In this document: positions 11,805-26,564 of the stretch, one piece after another
How positions within the stretch are numbered: position 1 is the first letter of the stretch
Layout: every line of letters begins with the position of its first letter
DNA from: Octopus bimaculoides
Taxonomy: Eukaryota
Length of the DNA stretch: 64,000 nt
Direction of reading: 5' to 3'
NCBI RefSeq assembly: GCF_001194135.2
Contig: NC_068982.1
Span: 8,458,062 to 8,522,061 of the forward strand
The notes under the pieces: generated by a model
Database searches by the model: none
What the model saw: the letters and a program-made list of their open reading frames with translations, nothing else
What the model was told of the DNA's origin: nothing
Program-made: the position numbers and the translations under genes

Positions 11805-13384
11805 CTATAAGTAACACTTTCTTTTGTTTTATATTATCTACTGACTACAAACGAATGTTATATACTAAATCTTTTTAATTGCTTACGTTTATTATCCAAT
11901 TCCACATGCTTTTATTACATCATCTAATGCTATGTGTCCACATAAAACTTGGCAGCTTAAAAGAAATGCTTTCTTCGGATACCATTCGGTTAAAGCACAC
12001 GTAAACAAATTGTGGTTTTCTCTCTCTATATATATACATCATTCTCTATATATATACATCATTAAAATTTATTGAAAATACCAGCTCCTTTATATTTTAT
12101 TAGCATTAGGAAAAAATATTCCATAATCACCACCCATACTACTACTTATGCATATAAATATTTTGTATTACTAATAATAGTAATTATAAATTGGAAATGT
12201 AATTGCATATTTTAATTAAGAATTGTTGACTAATTAATAACTAGTACCAAATCATTTCATTTATAGCTGAAGCTTATGTCTGTAAATTGATCTCTATACT
12301 ATGTTGAAAAGTTATCTTATTTCGAAATAACATTTCTTGTAATGGTCAACAAATGTATTTGAATGAATTTTAAAAGTTGTTATCTATGTTCGAAAGTGTC
12401 CACGTTCTCTGTTAGTGTTCCCCTACTCTGTATAGAACGGACTCGGTATAAATGAAGAATATTTTATGAGATTTCGTTTACAGACGACTCCTAATTAATA
12501 ATCTGTAACAGGGCAGGAAATACCCGTTGCCAAGTATCTCAATAGAATTTTGTCAAGAAATGTTTGTTCAATGTGTAGCTGTATCGACAGATAACAAATC
12601 ACAGAGGGAAACAAGGAGAATTTATGTAACTGGACACACAATTATCGTATGTCATAAAATCATTAACGTTTATGCATATCAATTTAAACAATACATCATG
12701 TATATTTGCTTGATACCATGTCTGATTATATGTATTGCCCCAAAGATCCCAGCTAATATGTACTTGTAGACAAGTTAACAGGATCAAATATGGAATTTAA
12801 TTAATAATTTATCCTCTTGCTATATTTCCGTTACCGTTATTTCTAAGACAAATTCGTACAAAAACTGTTATGTATTACTTAGGTTTTGGAGATGTTTAAC
12901 CCCAGGACAGTTAATATGGAAAAGAACTATCGTCAGACGCGTTCCAGTAGTGACTATCCTGTAATTTCTTTTGAAACCCATGACCATGGACTTTAACATC
13001 CGATTCATTTTTCGTTTCTTAAAAATTTTACGGTGAACAGAGCAGTTAGAAAAAAGAGATTTAAATCTGAAAAGATACACGGAGAATTTAACGTCAAAAG
13101 ATAAAAGATTACACGGAAACAGGAAAAAAAAGGGATATAAATATATGGTAATTGAAGGCAATAAATTGTGTAAATACTTAAACAGCAAGCCATTTATCAG
13201 ACACAACAAACACAACATGAGGGAGACCCCTAGAATGCATTTAGTAGTGTTTGATGACAAACTTTGACGTGTAGCGTGTGCAATACGTTAACGAGTTAAG
13301 AGACAGTTAATATATATATCTACATGCATGCGTACATACATACACACGCATATTCACATAGAGAGAGAGAGAGAGACACACACA

Positions 13385-13428
<44 letters not shown>

Positions 13429-13891
13429 GTGCGCGCGCGTGAAATTTGACTGGCGACTCTTGGTTCCGCAATCTACGGTTGCTTTCAGGATAAGAGGCGG
13501 AGAGAGGGTTTGCTAAGAAATAGAAGTAAGGGAGAAATTTCCGTCAAGTGGAGAGAACCGTTCAGAGCTTTCTTTTCTTTGCTTCATTATTACGTGGTGT
13601 CTTTTCCTATGAATGGAAGAACAAATGGAAGAATATTTTCATATAATTCATTCTTATTCACGTTTTCGAAGTCCCAGTAGCTGCAGATAACGCTATTTCG
13701 TTCTTATTGGAACTTTTCAATACAACGCAACTTGGGATCATGAAACGAGACTTCTATGTCCATTTAAAACCTTTAAGAATTATATAAACAGACTCCAAAC
13801 AGACTGGTGTTCATTTGCGTGGGTATAATTTGCATTATTTAGTAAAATTGACAAACTGAGCTCAGTAAACATACAATGGGGAGTGGAAAAT

Positions 13892-15330
<1,439 letters not shown>

Positions 15331-15694
15331 TGTGTTTTTATAAAATAACCTCGGACATGGAATTTTTGTTTCTAGATTATTTTGTTTTTCATCCGTAACA
15401 CTGTATTAAATTTGGTTAAGAGTCTTTTCAAAAAGAAAATATACCAAAACAGTAAACGTTGGCGTTTTATATAGATTATCCAATTAAATATTGTCTGGTT
15501 ATCTCGAGTGTCCACAACTTGTATTTTAAACTCAAAGAAATGTTCAAATTATGCTAACTAAAAACATCAATAGTTATAAATAGATTATTTTCTAGCATCA
15601 ATAAATATTACACAAACTAGTAATGCATGTATATATCTCTGCCTGTCTATCTATCTATCTAGCTGTCTGTCTGTGTATTATGTATGTATGTACG

Positions 15695-15705
<11 letters not shown>

Positions 15706-15771
<66 letters not shown>

Positions 15772-15772
15772 C
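15706..15772. repeat. (TCTA)n microsatellite
   Basis: Direct reading. Confidence 0.95.
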
Positions 15773-16550
15773 TATATATACACATATATACACGTATATC
15801 ATCACCTGTGTTGCATAATAAATCTATACAAACTGTTCGAAGGCATGATGCTGCAGGCTAGTCTGAGATATAATCTCCTCGTGGACTTATTATATTAAAC
15901 ACATAAAATATGTATATCGTAGCGAGTCGAACGTCAGAATTTATCAACAACTCGCGCTCTTGCCCAATGTCCATTAATGGTTTAATCACCTGGACAAAAT
16001 ATAAAAACAGAAAGGAAAAAAACGACCATCCCGAAATACAGCAATAGGTTTATTCACTGATTCCTGTATGTCAAGGCACGTATGTCATTTAAGCAGCTGT
16101 GAATCAGGAGGAAATCATTGCCAAAGCTGCAGAAAGGCAACACGCGCCTTTCGTTCTCCATAGTCAGTGCAGTAACGATGTTTGTCTTTCTCATCTCCTC
16201 TACTATTTTGTGTTTTAACACTAGTCGAAGAAAATATTTTATTTCGATGGTGTGGTACACAGGGGGTAATATTAATACCGTTTCAGTTGCATACACCGAG
16301 TTTTATGTGAACACACACACACACACACACCCACACATACCCACACACGCACATTCATGTATACATATGTACACACGTTATTTACATAAGTTATTATTTC
16401 ATTCTAAGAGATTAAAAAGAAAGCCAGTTTCCTAAACAACGCTTGAAATAAGAGTATTGTAGTTCGCTTGAAGCATTGTGTATTGTTTGTAAAATATAAC
16501 GTGTCCTGAATGGCACAACAATGCAGAGTGCACTATAACAATTGTTTAAT

Positions 16551-16590
16551 AATGATATTTCGGAATACAAAAATTCCTTCTTCAGATATC
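16551..16590 (-). ncRNA. Minimal hammerhead core on the left arm
   Basis: GAUAU-CUGAAGA-A-GGAAU-uuuugu-AUUCC-GAAA-UA-UC; the 3' strand of stem I is partly deleted. Confidence 0.65.
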
Positions 16591-16610
16591 GTTAGGAACC
16601 GTTGGAAAAC

Positions 16611-16654
16611 CTGAAGAAGGAATATTTGTATTCCGAAATATTATTATTATATCA
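16611..16654 (+). ncRNA. Minimal hammerhead core on the right arm
   Basis: CUGAAGA-A-GGAAU-auuugu-AUUCC-GAAA-UA-UU; the 5' strand of stem I is lost at the inversion junction. Confidence 0.65.
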
Positions 16655-17084
16655 GACTATGGTTAATTAAATTCTAACAGTTATTATAGTCCACTTTGCA
16701 TTGTTGTGCCATTGAAGAAATGTCATATTTTACCTGAAATAACTTTTTTTTCTTCCGCCGAAAAACTACGCATCAGTTACTAGTAAAAGTTTTGTCTCGT
16801 ACCTTGTTCTGACTCTCAACTCGACATTAGTTCCACACACATCATTCTACTCAAAAAATTGTTCAGACGAAATGTTGAAAAACAATGACGTTTCAATAAA
16901 CAGTTCGGTTCTCTTTTTACCATTTCTTTGTTTTACAGGGTATCGAAGACAGAATAAAAAGTTCAAAACAGAAACAATTATTTTCACAATTTGTTCAAAA
17001 ATCTAATTACAACTTTTCAGTTCAATTAATTTAAGGAAATTAATGGGATTTTTTTCAAGAATGCTACTTTCTCATACTGAGATG

Positions 17085-17215
17085 TAACAAAAAATAAATA
17101 AATGAAATAAATAAATAAATAAAATAAAATAATAGATAAAATAAAATAAATAAATAAATAAAATAAAATAAATAAAATAAAAAATAAAATAAAATAAAAT
17201 AAAATAAATAAAATT
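17085..17215. repeat. (AAAT/AAAAT)n simple repeat
   Basis: Direct reading. Confidence 0.9.
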
Positions 17216-18249
17216 CTAGGATGCCAGAATTAGTAACTATTATTTGCTTTTGTGAAGTTTCATTGTGATGGATGAAATTTATAAACACATTGTGTTGATA
17301 TGAAAGGTCGCTACTACTTAATTTCCTCACCACTTAAGTAACGCTGTTGCTCATCCAATCAGAACCTTCACTCTCTGAATCACTTTCGTAAAAAATGGTT
17401 CGTTGGTTATATGACCCAAGGCCAAACGTTTATATAGAAAGGTCAAAATCTTTTGTTTACAGGACATGACGTGCTAACCTTTAGTGCGTTTAGAGGCCTG
17501 AAAGGCCAAGTCAGCCTCGAAGGAATTGTAACACAGAACACAAAGCAAGAGAATTAAGATGAAAGGCATTTCTTTCGGAATATAACTACTCGATTCAGAA
17601 ACGCTTCTACCTTCGCAGATGTAAATGATAACTTTAAAGTCTGGCAAGATTTTTTACTTTTAATTTGATATCCAGAATCCAGCTTTTATTTAGTCAAATG
17701 TTTCTAACGTTTGTTTATTCATATAGCGATTATTTACACAAAAGTTAAACTCTATTTTGATTAAACACACGTACACATGCAATAGATTTTCAATTAAATG
17801 TACTAGTAAGTTAAAATAGATATATTGGTTCATATTCGGTTTCAGTGGATAGCAGATACAAACATGTGTTGATTAGGATTTCATTCAGCATGTTATTCCA
17901 ACGATAGGACTTCTAGATAGTTATTAAACCAGATATGTATAACAGTCACATTTCTTCCCCATTCACATGTCTACCTACTGGGAAAACGAGCGGACAAAAT
18001 TGACAGAGTAGTTTTAGAAACTCTTAAACAACTAGAATAGTCAATTGTCTGCTCAGTCAGGGTTTTTGAGCGGCTAACAAAAAAAGAAGCATAAAACCAA
18101 TAAAAGAACAACAGCTGTGATTAGTAGATGACAACTATTGAGGGAGTTACTTCTGAAATAATTTGTTATTATAAGGGATACATTCTGAAATCTGCAGAAA
18201 GTGATGACGATGTCCGTCGACAAAAATGTTTACAAGAACCAATATAGCT

Positions 18250-19100
18250 TTAAGTGCCACTAAGTTGTCTTGCGGTGTAGATAAATCGGGGTTTTGGGTA
18301 AACGTCATTCGATGACCATTGGTCTAGAAATGGAGGGTAGAAGTGAAACCAAATAAAGAATTATGTTAAGTGGAAGGGACAGGAAGTAAATAGGGGTTAA
18401 ATGCAGTAACTGAGATGCATTAATAAGGGGTTAGCTGTGATAGAAGGGCAGAGGAAAGGTGATTGTTGTGAGAAATTGTTAGAGGGATAGGCAGTGCTAT
18501 TAGCAGTGAGAGAGGGAGTTGATTAGTGTGAAAGGACGTTGGAGGAAGAGAAAGAGGCTCGTTATTAGTGTTGTGTGAACCAATTAACATGAATTAGAGA
18601 GCACAAGTGCACACACTTGATAGAGATAACAGATCACTGAGTGGACGAAAATGGCATTAATGGCCTTGATTTGCCCTGAAAATAAATTAGAGGAATTCAA
18701 GATGCTTGTTTATAGCTACAGAGATCGTGGGTTCAAGCTGCTTGTAGAGTTGGCGTTATGGTATGAGTGATCAAGGGAAAGTTGAGATGCCGATTTAAAA
18801 ATTTGAGGATGTCAACTATGTTTCAAGATACTCATATTATATTTTCGGAAACAAGAGATCTTAACATAGAGAGCGAAAAGTCTTTCAAATGTATAAGGCA
18901 CTACACTGTCAGTATGAAATGCACTAAAGCATACTGGCAGTGAAGCAGTAGAGATGGAAGGAATTCTGTACAGTACGTCGATGTTTGGTACTGGAAATGA
19001 AGAGACTAGTGCTGTGACGAGGCCAAGAGTAGTTGAAATTTTCATGTTGGGTGCCGCAGGGAGTAAAATAACTGCTGAATAGAAAGCTGGCAATGTTGTC
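18250..19100 (-). mobile_element. Possible very decayed Penelope-like element
   Basis: Patchy motifs only (IDVLYR.., SVISIKC.HLC.L.HV resembling the GIY-YIG start). Confidence 0.3.
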
Positions 19101-20761
19101 TCTCACAAGACATTTGAAAAAGATGAGTGAATAGATAATAATAGAAAAATGGGAGTGTCGAACTATTAAGACAAAGCTTATCGTTGTTTCGGATCAACCT
19201 GCACGTATATAGATTAAACCAAACCAGCGTGTGTATCCTATCTTTTTTTCTGCATCCATAACTACATAGTATGTTTCATTTTGTCTTTAAAGTGGTGAGG
19301 TGGAATTTGATGGATTGCAACTACTATTTCTCGCAGGCCAAGTGCCTTCTTTCTGCAGATGAAGGCTTAGTTTTTTGCTTACACTCTATATCAATCCAGA
19401 GCCACTAGGCAATAAAGTTGAGAAGGGTTACAATATTAAGGTTACAATTATGTTTCGAGGACTACATCATGCAATGAGTCCTTCCTATAGAAAAAGAAGG
19501 GTTTGATTCGAAGGAAATATTTGCTACTATTTTTGGCACGCCAAACTGCTTCAAAAATACTCCCTTATTAGAAGTTGTGGATAATGCTGTAATAAATCGA
19601 CCGGGCAGCAATGAGTAGGTGAGAAGAGGAGCGAATATTTAGTTGATTTCAAAGAATTATGCGATCGAAGTATTAGGCTACATCACTGGGTTCAAGTTTG
19701 TAAATGCTAATACCAACCTGGTTAATATATTTATGATCAAAGTCTCTTTTGCGGTATCGATTCTAAAGCAGGCCACCAGCTGTGATCTACGAGTGAATGT
19801 TGATATAATTGATATTATAACGTATATCATGGAAGCATGCGATTGCAGAAGATTCTAGACATCATTATAATATTATTACTGTAGAATATTTTACCTTTTG
19901 TCAGTAACAAAAGCATTAAAGACATCCAATAATCAAAACATAGAAATATTTTGTATATTTCATGCACACAATTTTAGCATTTTCTCGGGAGAATTTATAT
20001 AACAATCAAAGAAATTTCACTTTTATTCAAAACTTTAGAATGACTTGCTAAAATGTATAAATATGTTAAAAAATACAATTATTTACATTCCTAATTTCAT
20101 ATGCTAAACGTAATATTATAAAACGAATATTGAAGTTTGCTTGTTCATTCAAGTTTTATAAAATTATGGAAACATGAAAATCATTTACAATGTGAATGCA
20201 TGCAATTACGTTCTCCAATCATTAGTAACATTGAAAATGATGCAAATAAATTACCTCAGAAGAAATATTATAAATTATTATGGGGTTTCGATAATAGAGA
20301 TGAGTTCTCTACTGTTTCATTATTAAAAGGCTAACTACGTTCAATACGTTGCTGAAAGATATAACATAGATAAATAGACTTTCTGGTACGTCTGCATTGT
20401 AATAGCAAAAACACACATTCACACATACATACCATACATCTAAACAAAGACTTATATATATATATATATATATATATATNNNNNNNNNNNNNNNNNNNNN
20501 NNNNNNNNNNNNNNNNNNNNNNNNNNNNNNNNNNNNNNNNNNNNNNNNNNNNNNNNNNNNNNNNNNNNNNNNNNNNNNNNNNNNNNNNNNNNNNNNNNNN
20601 NNNNNNNNNNNNNNNNNNNNNNNNNNNNNNNNNNNNNNNNNNNNNNNNNNNNNNNNNNNNNNNNNNNNNNNNNNNNNNNNNNNNNNNNNNNNNNNNNNNN
20701 NNNNNNNNNNNNNNNNNNNNNNNNNNNNNNNNNNNNNNNNNNNNNNNNNNNNNNNNNNNNN

Positions 20762-20799
<38 letters not shown>

Positions 20800-20896
20800 C
20801 ATACATGTATATATATATGTATAGAAATATTATTTCTAATAATAATAATAATTGTAATAATAGTAATAATAATAATAGTAATAATAATAATAATGA

Positions 20897-21190
20897 TATA
20901 AACAGACAGAAAAATTGACTCCAATCGACCAGACATTGTGATGAAGGACTACAACAGAGGAACTTGTCTGTTAATAGATGCGTCTGTCCCACAAGATCAA
21001 AATGTCTCAAGAAATGAATACGAAAAGTTTTCTCGCTATAAAAACCTGCAACTTGAAATCACGAAAATGTGGAAGATGACTACTACGATAATACCAGTAA
21101 TAATTGGTGGGTTGTGAATGATAAAAAAGGGAGCTGAGACGTATATTAAGCAACGTCTGAATGCATACCCAGCTTTTGCTTTCCTCAGAA
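20897..21190 (+). mobile_element. R4/Dong-like non-LTR element, RLE endonuclease fragment
   Basis: (Q)TDRKIDSNRPDIVMKDYNRGTCLLIDASVPQDQNVSRNEYEKFSRYKNLQLEITKMWKMTTTIIPVIIGGL contains the RLE PD..D and K..KY-like motifs; starts right after (AAT)n. Confidence 0.85.
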
Positions 21191-21350
21191 TCAGTGTTAG
21201 TGGCATCAAGCACAGTACAAAGATCAGTGGGGACAGGCAGACCCTTTGGAAGATGCCCCTCCTAATTTCTACTGTTCCTAAACTTCTTCCGTATGCTGTC
21301 AGGTTCGTCCTCCAATTCGCCATACTTTTTCCAAGCAATCACTCAACATT
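21150..21350 (-). mobile_element. R4/Dong-like RT fragment
   Basis: MANWRTNLTAYGRSLGTVEIRRGIFQRVCLSPLIFVLCLMPLTLILRKAKAGY (RGIFQGDSLSPL-like). Confidence 0.85.
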
Positions 21351-21354
21351 CGAT

Positions 21355-22135
21355 TATTATTATTATTATTATTTTATATTTGACTTTTGTTTTGCATTTG
21401 TACAAGTTGTCTCCAAGTGTCACCCAGAGACCTCAAGAGACAACAAGTTAGAAGTTCATGTAGGTGTTATGCCTAGGGTACCATATATTTGGATTTGTCC
21501 ATAGTGTTGTTCTAGAGAATGTTTAAGAAACCATAAGAAAATTATGTGTTTGTTTTAAAATTTGAGATCACATAGACAGTATTTTACGTAGGNNNNNNNN
21601 NNNNNNNNNNNNNNNNNNNNNNNNNNNNNNNNNNNNNNNNNNNNNNNNNNNNNNNNNNNNNNNNNNNNNNNNNNNNNNNNNNNNNNNNNNNNNNNNNNNN
21701 NNNNNNNNNNNNNNNNNNNNNNNNNNNNNNNNNNNNNNNNNNNNNNNNNNNNNNNNNNNNNNNNNNNNNNNNNNNNNNNNNNNNNNNNNNNNNNNNNNNN
21801 NNNNNNNNNNNNNNNNNNNNNNNNNNNNNNNNNNNNNNNNNNNNNNNNNNNNNNNNNNNNNNNNNNNNNNNNNNNNNNNNNNNNNNNNNNNNNNNNNNNN
21901 NNNNNNNNNNNNNNNNNNNNNNNNNNNNTATATCGATTGGGACAGTCATATCAATGAGGAGGCATGATCTTTGTCTGAAGTCTTTCAGTATAATGTCTGG
22001 CATATTTGCCTCTATCTTTCTGTCAGTTTGAATGGTGAAGTTCCAGAGGAGTGCGATGTGATCATTTTCAAGTACTGGGGGTGGTTTGTGTTCCCACCAG
22101 TTTTTATCATGGGGCAACTCCAGGTTTATTATTAT
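21355..22135 (-). mobile_element. R4/Dong-like 3' fragment spanning a gap
   Basis: WWEHKPPPVLENDHIALLWNFTIQTDRKIEANMPDIILKDFRQRSCLLIDMTVPID, a gap, then LRKILSM* and a 3' UTR ending in (AAT)n; flanked by (ATT)n on both sides. Confidence 0.8.
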
Positions 22136-22146
22136 TATTATCATTA

Positions 22147-22177
<31 letters not shown>

Positions 22178-22184
22178 TATTATT

Positions 22185-22219
<35 letters not shown>

Positions 22220-22244
22220 TATCATTATTATTATTATCATCATC

Positions 22245-22500
22245 ACTGGGGAATAAACATTAACAGATTTCTGGATAGGAATAATTTGCCTGATGATTTG
22301 GCCCCTCGTTCCCCGGATATAAGCCCCTGGACATTTCTTCTGCGGCTACACGAAAGATATTGTGTTCCGCACTTTTACCGTTTTTGAAACCAGCGTATGA
22401 GTCCAACGGTTTTCTTATAAGCTGACAAGGTGAGTTGTGCTTAACCCTAGGCGCAGTAAGAGTCACCGATGAGAATTAGGATGCTCTACATCAAAATTCA
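22245..22500 (+). mobile_element. Tc1/mariner transposase 3' fragment
   Basis: Frameshifted WPPRSPDISPLDF.F.GY.KD-like motif (ttggcccctcgttccccggatataagcccctggac). Confidence 0.65.
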
Positions 22501-22589
22501 AAATCGCCGGTGATCTGAGTATGTCCACTTAGGAATTTGTCTTTTTGTCAGTCATTAATTAAGATCGTGCTTCTGTGGCAATTGAGTTG

Positions 22590-22700
22590 TTTTGACTCCT
22601 ATTTCTAGCAATGCTGATGCCACTTAGTACCCTCTGTCACGTTAGTGACGTCTGTAACTTTGCCTTTAGTTTGTTAAATTGCTAATAAGCCACCTATATT
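22590..22700 (+). repeat. Unclassified dispersed repeat, second copy at ~39135-39230
   Basis: Shared atttctagcaatgctg..gtcac.ttagtgacgtct..ctaataagccacct. Confidence 0.7.
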
Positions 22701-23667
22701 ATACATACATACATACATACATAAATACATACATACATACATAAATAGATACACACACACGTACATACATACATACATACATACATACATTCATACATAC
22801 ATATACACATACACACACATACATACACGCATGTATTGTGTGTGTGTCCAACAAAACTTTTTTAAGGGTTCCATTCATGAAATTTGAATAGAATTACATA
22901 ATAGTTTTGCTTTTCACAAATTTAATTTCGTCTTCTTTTGGTAGTAAATATAATTTTCTACTATATCCCTCTCGGTTTGTTATTTGATTTTGGTTCGTTT
23001 TTCCAGCGGAAGGTTAGTTAGCAGTGACTACAAAATCACTTTCTCTTATTTATAAGTCTTAAGATTCTATGATATAATTTGAGGGAGAAGGGGCATTAGT
23101 ATTAACTGATTAAATAAAGATTAAAACAGCTACTCTTTAGCTACTTTTAGTAAAATTGGCAACTATAGGCTTTAAAAAGTACCAAAGATAAACATTTAAA
23201 CAAATAAAAATGTCACACCGTAACAAAACGAAACAAAGCAATCCACGATCTTTCGGCTGAAATAGATTTCCGACTTTCAATTACACATCCATGATATTGA
23301 AACACTAGCGACTATAGGTGCGACTCGAAACATGTCAAAAGGATTTCTCAAAAGCATGAATAAATCATTAAATATATGAAAGAAATGCATCTGATAATTA
23401 CTTTCACTTTCGGTTTCAACGAAATTTCATTACGTGGTACCATCTTCAGCAGGATTTATATAATTCTACAATTCGAAGCAGGATGTTTTATCGGAAATAA
23501 TGTACAACTAGCTATGATGAATGATAGTCGAATGCGATATCGAATCTACAGGTAATGTGCTCAGCGCATTGAAAGACACGATATATTTTCGGCTCATTTC
23601 AGCATCATAAGATTTTTACATATCGAAAGCACTCGGCCATCATTAGAAACTATCTAATCGTCAGATT

Positions 23668-23712
<45 letters not shown>

Positions 23713-24582
23713 CCTGTATGTATATATGTATGCGTTTATGTCTATATATATATATATATANNNNNNNNNNNNNNNNNNNNNNNNNNNNNNNNNNNNNNNN
23801 NNNNNNNNNNNNNNNNNNNNNNNNNNNNNNNNNNNNNNNNNNNNNNNNNNNNNNNNNNNNNNNNNNNNNNNNNNNNNNNNNNNNNNNNNNNNNNNNNNNN
23901 NNNNNNNNNNNNNNNNNNNNNNNNNNNNNNNNNNNNNNNNNNNNNNNNNNNNNNNNNNNNNNNNNNNNNNNNNNNNNNNNNNNNNNNNNNNNNNNNNNNN
24001 NNNNNNNNNNNNNNNNNNNNNNNNNNNNNNNNNNNNNNNNNNNNNNNNNNNNNNNNNNNNNNNNNNNNNNNNNNNNNNNNNNNNNNNNNNNNNNNNNNNN
24101 NNNNNNNNNNNNNNNNNNNNNNNNNNNNNNNNNNNNNNNNNNNNNNNNNNNNNNNNNNNNNNNNNNNNNNNNNNNNNNNNNNNNNNNNNNNNNNNNNNNN
24201 NNNNNNNNNNNNNNNNNNNNNNNNNNNNNNNNNNNNNNNNNAACTACCAACAAAAATAATTGGTAAGCTAATTCAAAAAAAATTATCACCAAAATAGCAG
24301 AAAAAAAACGACAGTGAAGGTATGCAGACTCTTCAAGAATCGATCCTTTTGGTTATATTAATAATAATAAAGGAATTGTAACATTTTTTCGCCATGAACG
24401 GTTTGTGTTTTTAAACCGAATGTATTTTTTATGATGTTATATTTATTCTTGAGGATGTGTAAAGAAATTTTGATTTATTAAGTCTCTTAATGAATTCTTT
24501 ATACTGATATATATATTGAAAAAGATAAATACGTTCATTTGAATATATACGTTTTTGCGTCGTAACTCCTTTATTATTATTA

Positions 24583-24671
<89 letters not shown>

Positions 24672-25449
24672 CGTATGCTTGTAGATATATATGTTTGTGT
24701 GTTAGGTCACTCCTAGTGTTACTGGTAATATGTGACCCAATATAACCTGCTTTATAGTCAGGCCGTCGTTGACTACCCAGGAACTCTACAAGCCTCTACA
24801 ATCGAAAAATGGAAGACAGTAGAGTCAACGTTCAACCAAAAACTGGGAATGAGGAGTCCTGTTCGTTGTTTGGACATTGCACCTGGAGAAGGTAATTTCG
24901 AAATAGCATCCGCTTCAGTATGATACCGACCATCATGCTCTTGCTTGTTCCTGGACTACAGGTTTGATAGGTGAGAGTCTAGTGGTGTTATGACAGCTGT
25001 AATATACAGCAAATTTCGAGAAGGACTTTGGAGACAACCATAGTGTTTAACATATAGAATAAGATAACTTGTCTGTGACGTTCATGCTAGTCTACGATTC
25101 GGCAGCCACCATGCATGCATGTATGTATGTATGTCAATGTTCAGTTTTATTTCAAGATTTCTTGCCAATAGAGAAAGAATCGTTTTCCAACCTAGATCCA
25201 AGGCTCTTTCATTCAATTTCAACACCATCAACAGAGTATGTATGTATGTATGTATGTATGTATGTATGTATGTCTCTATGTATGTATGTATGTATGTATG
25301 TATATGTGCAGATTTGTATGTTTTGTTTCATGTATGTATACTCATGCGTATAGTTGCTTATCTAGACACGCTCATATATATCTTAAATGATAAACTTCTG
25401 CGAAGTTCTACAGATTTCTACAGTTCCATTGATGGATTGGATCTGTAAT

Positions 25450-25780
25450 CTTCGAATTAACTTTCTCTTTTCTCAAGATTGGTATTTAGGCAGTGTGTTA
25501 CATATCCCAGGGCCCCAATAATTACAGGTATAAACCTAAACTTGTAATCTGGATAGAGTAACTGCAGATTTCTCAATAGTTCAGCATAGGTGTTCTCATT
25601 TCCACTGATCTCCAGCTTTATGTTAACATCCGCTGGGCAGCTAATTTCCACAACTGTGCACAGTTTCTCTGCTCCATCCCGAATCATTATATCAGGTCTG
25701 TTGTGCTTACATTTTATTGAGGTCTTCACTGGTACATTCCACCAGTATTACTTTTAATTACGGGTGGCTATGGTTTCTAA
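25450..25780 (-). mobile_element. RLE-type non-LTR element fragment
   Basis: KHNRPDIMIRDGAEKLCTVVEISCPADVNI..ENTYAELLRNLQLLYPDYKFRFIPVIIGALG. Confidence 0.85.
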
Positions 25781-26033
25781 CATACTGTATGTATGTATGT
25801 CTGTTTGTATGTATTTATGTAATATTGTATAAGCAATTTCCACAAGGGTGACAACAAAAAGAAAACAAATTGATGTGATAATATATTTAAGATCTAAATC
25901 GAATTAATTTTATGCTGAGAAAATAACATTATCATCATGCTTAATAATGTTTTAGTTGTTTTAACAACTTCAGGAACTACTCCACTATACTTTAATATAT
26001 GATATTTCATTTTAATATTTCGGTATTTTAAAA

Positions 26034-26248
26034 GGCAGCGAGCTCGCAGAATCATTACCACGTTGGGCAAAATGATTAGCGGCATTTTGTCCGTTTTTAC
26101 GCTCTAAGTTCAAAAGCCACTGAGGTTAACTTTACTTTTCGTCCTGCCGAAGTCAATAAAATAAGTACCAATTGATCACTAGGGTCGATGCAATCAACTT
26201 ACCCACTCTTACAAAATTTCTGACCTTGTGCCAAAATTTAAAACCATT
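26034..26248 (+). mobile_element. SINE family B monomer
   Basis: Head ggcagcgagctcgcagaatc; tail aaaatttctgaccttgtgccaaaattt. Confidence 0.8.
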
Positions 26249-26527
26249 ATGTTAGTATTTAATTATACCAATGAATATTAATAATAATATAGCAATTTTC
26301 TTATCACTACTTTGCTAAAAAGGGGGAATGATTACATTGAAACATGCTCTATGTTGTCTCTTGTATTTACAGAAGTTGATTAGAAAAAAATATGGAGCTA
26401 ATTAAGTCTTTTCTTTACTGCATACGTATGTCTGATTGAAATGTTATCAATATGGTTACACTTTCGCATGCGTATGTACATACGCTGATATATATGTATG
26501 CATATACATATTATACATGTGTGAGTA

Positions 26528-26564
<37 letters not shown>

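Larger units (their letters stand above)
16456..16731. mobile_element. Fold-back mini-element made of two inverted PLE pLTR ends
   Basis: Arms 16491-16585 and 16611-16731 are reverse complements (27/28 over the central block) and both match the pLTR at 31416-31570. Confidence 0.85.

Noticed and set aside
12868-13260. 130-aa hydrophobic ORF
   Set aside because: F/L/I richness is explained by the A-rich opposite strand; no recognisable domain.
23305-23345. GAAA-CAUG-UC palindrome; also a GAGCC-GAAA remnant near 23590 and CUGAUGA..AGUACU-C near 28990-29020
   Set aside because: Each has only half an HHR or lacks stem II; could be chance.
24700-25070. Possible RTE-LINE 3' remnant (KMEDSR)
   Set aside because: A single short motif; insufficient support.
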